From assembly GCA_051362555.1 (NCBI GenBank), contig CM120649.1, positions 3,224,001 through 3,288,000 on the forward strand: a stretch of 64,000 nt of DNA, given 5' to 3'. Below are positions 62,701-64,000 of the stretch, piece by piece (the first letter of the stretch is position 1; every line of letters begins with the position of its first letter). The position numbers and the translations under genes were made by a program. The notes under the pieces are model-generated. The model saw nothing but the letters and a program-made list of their open reading frames with translations, made no database searches and was not told the DNA's origin. Source of the stretch: Lingula anatina. Its lineage: Eukaryota; Animalia; Brachiopoda.

Positions 62701-63780
62701 TACTCATGAAAAACTGTGGATATGTACAAAGTATATGATAAAACGTATATTTCAAATGCAGTAAAAAAGTTTCGGGTTTGATAATAAGACTTAACTGAAA
62801 AAAAAATAAAATAACCAATCAAATCGGGCTATGTGACTGACATGTTCCATCTTTTTCGACTGCGAAAACAATCTCTACACTTGTTGACTGTGAAAGAAAT
62901 TTAACTTGCACACAATAATTCCCTTTCCTTTTACTCATACTTGATTATTCTTCAATTATAACTTGCAATTAGTGAAAGTGTATTTCATTTACTTTACAAC
63001 ATAACAACCAAACAAATTTTTCCCAAGAGGAAAAATATTCCCAAGAACAAATGTTATAAAAAGTTAAGGAACACGAAGAGGATAAAATGTTCACACACAT
63101 TTATTTTGGATATTTTATTTTTTAATTTTTTAAAATAATATAAAATATTTCTCAGAAACACTAAATATTCCCTTTTTATACTTTCATTAATTTCATTAGT
63201 TTCTCAAATTGGGCGTGTTATGTGTTATATACTTGAAAGTGTGGTGATATTTACATTAGTTATATAATTTAAAAAAACTGATCGGTGCCGAGTTAATATT
63301 AGGTTTGGCTTCTTTACAGGGGCTGTATTAACAGCTCGCCCAGTGTTACAGATGAAAAATAAAATCATCATTTGTCAATTTGTCATTTCTATGTAAAATA
63401 ATTGTTGAACAAAATAATAGATATTTAATCAAATAACTTTGTTTGTACTTTTATATTAAAAACCACGATTCAAACGAAATTATACTTAACTAATTGCACT
63501 ACCGAAAACATTATGCCGTGTTCTATTTCAAGATGTGCTTTATGTTAAATTATTCATAAATGAGAAAAGACTTGGTCAATAGAATATAAACCACAATAAT
63601 GTTTCTTCTCACAACTTAAGGAAAAATGACAATGTGCATAAATGTAGCCATACTGCTGTGTTCTGACTAATCTACACTCACCCAATCCTGTATACTGGTA
63701 TTCGCCCCGTGTTGGAGGAGAAGCTGGACACATTGTTTGTGGCCGTGATATGCAGCCCAGTGAAGTGGTGTCCTCCCCAA
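59714..63780 (-). CDS. Ankyrin repeat / death-domain-like / TIR / leucine-zipper protein (5' incomplete)
   Basis: Phase-consistent exons: 63780-63682 (ANK LGRTPLHWAAYHGHKQCVQLLLQHGANTSIQDW), 62713-62612 (ANK), 62116-62027 (capping ANK AKKTPRMLTEERECTAVVELLRRF), 61656-61440 (death-like ...KDWLAMNNHTTIKDIRDGLLAANLPRLS), 60979-60829 (linker), 60534-60134 (TIR), 59838-59714 (zipper, stop TAA). Confidence 0.88.
60134..60534 (-). CDS. TIR domain exon
   Basis: Box1-like YRQDAFIAHSEED, BB-loop CWYDKEDLIPG, then AISASMFSILFLSKSFIQSGRCKFEM and VIPVVM. Confidence 0.92.
62600..62815. repeat. Tandem duplication unit carrying one ankyrin exon plus flanking intron (partner ~63670-63880)
   Basis: tctacactcac...atcctgtatactggtat...ccccgtgttggaggagaagctggacacattgt...ctgtggatatgtacaaa...atatttcaaatgcag...cttaactgaaaaaaaa is shared; period ~1070 bp. 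Confidence 0.9.
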
Positions 63781-64000
63781 CTGTGGATATGTACAAACAA
63801 TGTGATTAAACACATATATTTCAAATGCAGGAGAAAAATGTATTGGGTTTGAAGACAAGGCTTAACTGAAAAAAAAAATGATAGGTGCTGTGTAAATATT
63901 AAATTTGGCCTCTGTATTGGGCCTGTATTGACAGATCAGTGGTGCAGTGGATTAATAAAATCGTCACTTCAATGTGTCAATTCTACGTAAAATATTGAAA

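Overview
AT-rich, intron-rich, microsatellite- and MITE-rich animal genomic DNA (invertebrate; a mollusc or other lophotrochozoan is my guess). The ORF track is mostly exon fragments, so I rebuilt spliced genes by hand from splice sites and phase continuity; boundaries may be off by a few nt. Four genes are supported. (1) LRP-like receptor A (+, ~6886-24956): 3x[YWTD beta-propeller+EGF], CCP-CCP-HYR-CCP-HYR-CCP stalk, TM, and a Tyr-motif-rich tail (ITAM-like YATI-x12-YEGL, NPMYDQM). (2) Tandem paralog LRP-like receptor B (+, 29157-43839): same three-propeller head, but a mucin-like Ser/Thr stalk, TM, and a different tail (ITIM-like SSYDPI, FDNQTF, His-rich, C-terminal FKV). I found no LDL class A repeats in either. 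(3) A complete ~24-exon GH31 alpha-glucosidase (-, 56651-44892) with type II anchor, trefoil domain, WLDMNE and HWLGDN. (4) The 3' part of an ankyrin-repeat / death-domain-like / TIR / leucine-zipper gene (-, 63780-59714, 5' end outside the window), with one ankyrin repeat per tandemly duplicated phase-0 exon. The best candidates for undescribed systems are the ANK-DD-TIR-zipper protein with surface-diversified ankyrin exons and the LRP-like pair with opposing tail motifs. Both functional readings are inference.
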